Shown: piece by piece, positions 58,855 to 64,000 of the stretch
How the letters are laid out: the number at the start of each line of letters is the position of its first letter
How positions within the stretch are numbered: position 1 is the stretch's first letter
Source: Neocallimastix sp. 'constans'
Lineage: Eukaryota
Assembly: GCA_050613775.1 (NCBI GenBank)
Contig: JBODTK010000125.1
Span: 372,001 to 436,000, forward strand
Direction: 5' to 3'
DNA: 64,000 nt
Position numbers and translations under genes: made by a program
The notes under the pieces: model-generated
Seen by the model: the letters and a program-made list of their open reading frames with translations, nothing else
Databases searched by the model: none
What the model was told of the DNA's origin: nothing

Positions 58855-59731
58855 TTATTTACTAAAATTTTCTATAAAAATTTTCTTCAATTTAGAAAGG
58901 AAAAAATGTTTTTTCTTTTCTAAAAATTAATAAATATTAATTTATAATAATAAAAAGAATAGTAATAGTAATAATCTTATTATTATTCTTTTTCTTCCTT
59001 ATATCATTACTTTATATTTATATATTCAACTATTTATTTCATTTTATTTTATTTCGTTTTATTTTTTTTTTTCTTTATTATTATTTTTTTACCTTTAGAT
59101 TTTTAAAATAACCTTTTTTTTATATAATTTTTATTATTTTTATATTATATTTAATATTTTTAAAAATATTATTTAAAAACAAATATTTGTCAACAATATA
59201 TATATATATTAAATTATAAAAATATTTTTTATAATAAACAAAAGAAATAAAAATAAAAAAAGATAATTGTAATATATAAATTTTGCATTTAAGAAAATTT
59301 TATTTTATTTTATTTTTTTTTTTTTTATTTAATTTTTTCTAAAAAAAAATAAAAATAAAAATAAAAATAAAAAATAAAAATAAACAATAAACAATAAAAA
59401 TAAAAATAATATTCTAATATTATTTAAAATCAACAGTTTAATTTATTTTTTTGTAGATTAATATTATGTAGAAAATAAAAATCATGAAAATATATATATA
59501 TCAATAATTCATTTTATTAAAGCTTAAAGCACTCTTAAAATATAAAGTACATATATTAATAATATCAATTAAAAAATTAACATATATTAATAATATCAAT
59601 TAAAAAATTAACAAATATAAATAAAGCTTGTTTATATTATCAATTTTGTTTCATTAAAATATATCAATCATTATAAATCATACCCAAAATTTTCAATTAT
59701 ACAACAAATATAATAAATAATTTATATAGAA

Positions 59732-60094
59732 ATGGATGGGAAGACAGATGAAAAGTATAAACGTTTAAAAAAAAATCTTAAAAAGGCATTAAATGTATGA
59801 ATAATATAATTAAAAATATATTAAACTTTTAAAAATATTCTTTTATTATTTTTTAATTAAAATTTGAAATTTATTATGTGATAATTGAATAGTTTGGAGA
59901 TTTAATCTTAATTTAAATTATTAATTTTTATAATAATATTTCAATTTTTAAAAATTTTCATTTCATTTAATATCATTCATTATATATATACTTAAAAGTA
60001 TGTAATTTAATAGAAATGTATAATTAATATATAAGATTATTAAAAGTAAAATTTATTACTGTATTAAAAAAATAAAAAAAAATAAAAATAAATA

Positions 60095-60125
<31 letters not shown>

Positions 60126-61838
60126 AAAATAATAATAATGATATATTAATATAAATACATTTTTAAAACAAATTTAAAAAATAAATCTATAAATAATTAA
60201 TAATGATAATAATTCTTTACAAGAAATATTTGAATATTATAAAATTTATATAAAATATTATAAATATATATATTATAAAAAAAAAATAATAAAAATTATA
60301 AAACCATAGTCATACTATCTTTATAATTATAAGTTAATTATTCTTTTTTTTTAAAAAATAAAATAATAATAATAAATATGTATTAATACAATAGGAAAAC
60401 GATCAATTGAAAGAGGATAATGATAAACTTACAACTAAAATAGATCATTATAAAAAAAGAATAAGATATTTAAAGCATGAAAGAGAGTAAATATTAAATA
60501 TTATATAAATATTATAAATATATATATATTAATAAAATATACATTATATACATATATATATAGTATTTTAATAGAGAAAATACAACAAATCGAATCTGAT
60601 TCAGAATCTAATTCGGAAATTTCAGATAAATCAAGTAATTCAGATAACGATTCAGATGGTATATTATTATATTATATTAATCATTTTATATCCAATTTTG
60701 AAAAATTTTTATTATATTTATTTTATTTATTGTTATTTTTATTTGCTATTATAATTATGATATTTCTTTATTTTAGTATTAATAAACATTTAAATATTTA
60801 TATTTTATATTAACTTATAAAAAATCTTTCTTTTATTTTATTTTATTTTTCAAATAATATTAAATTCTAAATGTGTATAACAAAATATAACAAATTAATT
60901 ATAAAATTTAGGCTCTAAAAATAAAAGAAATGGACATAAAGTTAAAGACGAACAAATCGAGGATACATCATCATCAAAACGTAGAAGTCGTTCAAAGCGT
61001 AAACGTGGAAGCTCAGTTAGAAGAGCACAACACGTTGATACAGATGAAAATGGTAATGCAATTTTACCTATTCGACTTGGGGTAATGACTTTACATAAAT
61101 TAGGAAAAGTTGTTTACGATCGAGATAGTTTCCATAATGAACGTTATATTTTCCCAGTTGGTTATACCCTTACAAGGTAATAAAATAATAAATTTTCATA
61201 ATGTATTATTAAATAATGATAAAAAAAATGAATATATAAAAATAAAAAAATTATAAATAACTAAATTAAAATTAAATTAAATAAAATAAAATATGAATAA
61301 TAAAATAAAAAAATGATATAGAATATAAAATTTCAAAAATTAATTTAAAATAATGATTATAATAAAAAAAATATATATATATACATATATATATAACAGA
61401 CGTTATTTCAGTATGCTAAAATTAGACGAATATGTAAATTATCGTTGTGTAGTTAAAGATGGTGGCAATGCACCTATTTTTGAAGTAACACCTGAAGATG
61501 CTGTAGATAAAAAAACATCAGCATCATCACCTACTGGAGCATGGATCAGTATTGTTAAAGGTAAATTTATATATAAATATTAATAAATTGTATTATTATT
61601 TTTATCAATATAAATATATTATTTTTTTTAAAAAAAAAAAAATAAAAAATTTAATTTAATACTTGTACTTTTATAGCTGTTAATGAAATGAGAAATAAAG
61701 ATCATAGTAATAGTGCTTCAGGACCAGATTATTTTGGCTTTACATCATCAACTATTGCTAAACTAATTCAGGATTTACCAAATGCAAAAAAATGTAAAAA
61801 TTATAAATGGCAAAAGGTAATAAGAATAAATATTTTTC

Positions 61839-61881
<43 letters not shown>

Positions 61882-62495
61882 GCAAAATAAAAATATTATC
61901 AATATTATTAATTGATAAAATTATTATTGCTAAATTAAAGTTTGAAACTACATCAGGAAAATCATTAAAAAAAGCCACTGAAGCTGCTAGAAATGAATTA
62001 ATGAAAATGGAAAGTGATAGATTAAGAGATGAGCAATTAGAAAATAATTCAATGTCAATTAATATAAATAAAAATACAAATAATAATAACGATAATACAA
62101 ATAAATTAGTAAAACCCAAAGAAGAAGGTGTTGATGTCGATATTGAAGAGGATAGTCAAGACAATAATCAAGAAGAAATGGAGGAGGTGGAAACAGAAAC
62201 AGCACATGGTGAAGATGAAGAAATAGATGAAATTGAAGAAGATGAAGATGAAGAACATGAAAATGATGATAGTAACATTAAAGAAAATAAAAGTTCTTCT
62301 CAAAAAAAAAAAAAAGAAAATAAATATAAAGATAATGAAAAAAGAGAAAAAAAGAAAGAAAGTATTGATACAAACAATACCACAGATGAAGATGAGGATG
62401 AAATTGAAGATGAAATTGATTCATCCGATTCAGATAATAATACAAAAGTCTCCATTGCTAATGAATCACAAATTACTACAGAAGATGAAAATTAA
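59732..62495 (+). CDS. FYRN/FYRC-domain chromatin protein, TBRG1-like (multi-exon), with acidic C-terminal tail
   Basis: N-terminal coiled coil (EKYKRLKKNLKKALN|ENDQL); FYRN ILPIRLGVMTLHKLGKVVYDRDSFHNERYIFPVGY; FYRC SSPTGAWISIVK..SGPDYFGFTSSTIAKLIQDLPNAKKCKNY. Confidence 0.88.
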
Positions 62496-62540
62496 TTTTT
62501 TTTAAATAAAAGAATATATATAATAAATAACAATAAAACG

Positions 62541-62574
<34 letters not shown>

Positions 62575-62879
62575 TAAATATTCAACAACTATAGAAAAAA
62601 AATGGATAAAGGAAAAAGAAATAACGAATATAATTAATAAAATGATTTTGATAAGATAAAATTGAATAAAATAGAATGATATAAAAATAGAAAATTTTTA
62701 AAAAAAAAATAATTGAAGTATAATATTTAATTTTATTCTTCTTACATAATAAAATTAAACTTTTTCCTTTTATATTAATTATTGTTATTATTATTTTAAA
62801 TTTATATATATATATATATATATATATTATATTTAATTTCATTTATATTTTATTAATTTTATCTTTATTTTTTATTTTT

Positions 62880-63095
62880 TATTTATTTTTATTTATTTAT
62901 TTATTTATTTATTTTATTTTATTTTATTTTATTTTATTTTATTTTATTTTATTTTATTTTATTTTATTTTATTTTATTTTATTTTATTTTATTTTATTTT
63001 ATTTTATTTTATTTTATTTTATTTTATTTTATTTTATTTTATTTTATTTTATTTTATTTTATTTTATTTTATTTTATTTTATTTTATTTATTAAT
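62880..63095. repeat. (TTTTA)n microsatellite
   Basis: Perfect pentamer run, the reverse complement of ATAAA. Confidence 0.95.
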
Positions 63096-64000
63096 TTATT
63101 TTTTTTATTTATTAATTTATTTATTTATTTATTTATTTATTTATTAATAAAATTAAAAATTTAATAATAAATTATCATGACAATAATCATAATAAAATAA
63201 TAAAAAGAAAACAAAAATTTTGAAAATATTCATAACAAAAATAGATAATTATAAGCAATATTACATTATTAAGAAAGGATTATATGAGTAATTTTAGAAT
63301 TTATAATAGATAAGTAATGTATTCTATTTAATAATATATTCCTAAAAAGAAGTAATAATATTTCTATAGTTTTATAACTTACTTCATTAATTTTTAATAA
63401 ATATTAATATTTCCATAATGAATATTTTTACAGTGAATTCTGAAGATATAAATAAATTTTTATAAGATTATATTTACTTTTTTTTTTTTTTTTTATATAT
63501 GTAATTGTAATTGTTATTAATTTTATATATGTGCTATTTTAGTTATAATTCATAATATTTATTAAATTCGAAATAAAAGTTTCATTTTCATGTTATTTTT
63601 TTCCTTCTTTTTTGGCAATATTTACTTCTATATTACACCCAAATAACCAATATGCAATATGTAATAAATAAAATTTTTTATTTTCTAATTGAAATTGGTT
63701 AATTTTAATATCAATATATTAATATTGATATATTGAAAAAAAAGAAAATTTTGTATTAATATAATTTTTATACTAATAATTAATATTTATATTAAATATA
63801 TTTAAATTAAATATGTTATCTACTTCATATTGATAATATAATATTTAATAAATTATATAATATTTAATAAGAATTCACTCTTAACAATAAATTTTATAAA
63901 TAAATAAATAAATCATTTGTTATTTATTTTATTTTAATTAAATATTCTATTTATTTTTAATATAAATTTTATGATAAATTATTTATTTATTATATTATTA

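Overview
Extremely AT-rich, intron-rich eukaryotic DNA. The AT content, short GT-AG introns, Asn/Ser homopolymer proteins, fungal-type genes and a flagellar CatSper subunit point to an anaerobic gut fungus (Neocallimastigomycota); this is inferred. About 11 spliced protein genes can be read: an Avt3/4-type vacuolar amino-acid transporter, a coiled-coil protein, quinolinate phosphoribosyltransferase (BNA6/nadC), an unknown low-complexity membrane protein, a Rax1-like RGS protein, Lcp5/neuroguidin, a CatSper2-like channel, a DDX41/Abstrakt helicase, Tim10, an S4-RluA + HemK/PrmC fusion, and a TBRG1-like FYRN/FYRC protein. Intergenic DNA holds a 3.8-kb compound satellite (constant ~36-bp core with variable (ATAAA)n spacers) whose core also occurs as dispersed copies, several Ty1/copia and Ty3/gypsy relics, a 2.15-kb non-autonomous LTR element with a related solo LTR, and a decayed bacterial-type GNAT pseudogene. 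The most notable candidates are an snR30/U17-like H/ACA RNA at ~18.9-19.1 kb (not visible in the ORF track), the pseudouridine synthase-HemK fusion gene, the fungal CatSper2, and a structured RNA in the LCP5 intron. All calls come from manual reading and motif recognition; no database search was run.
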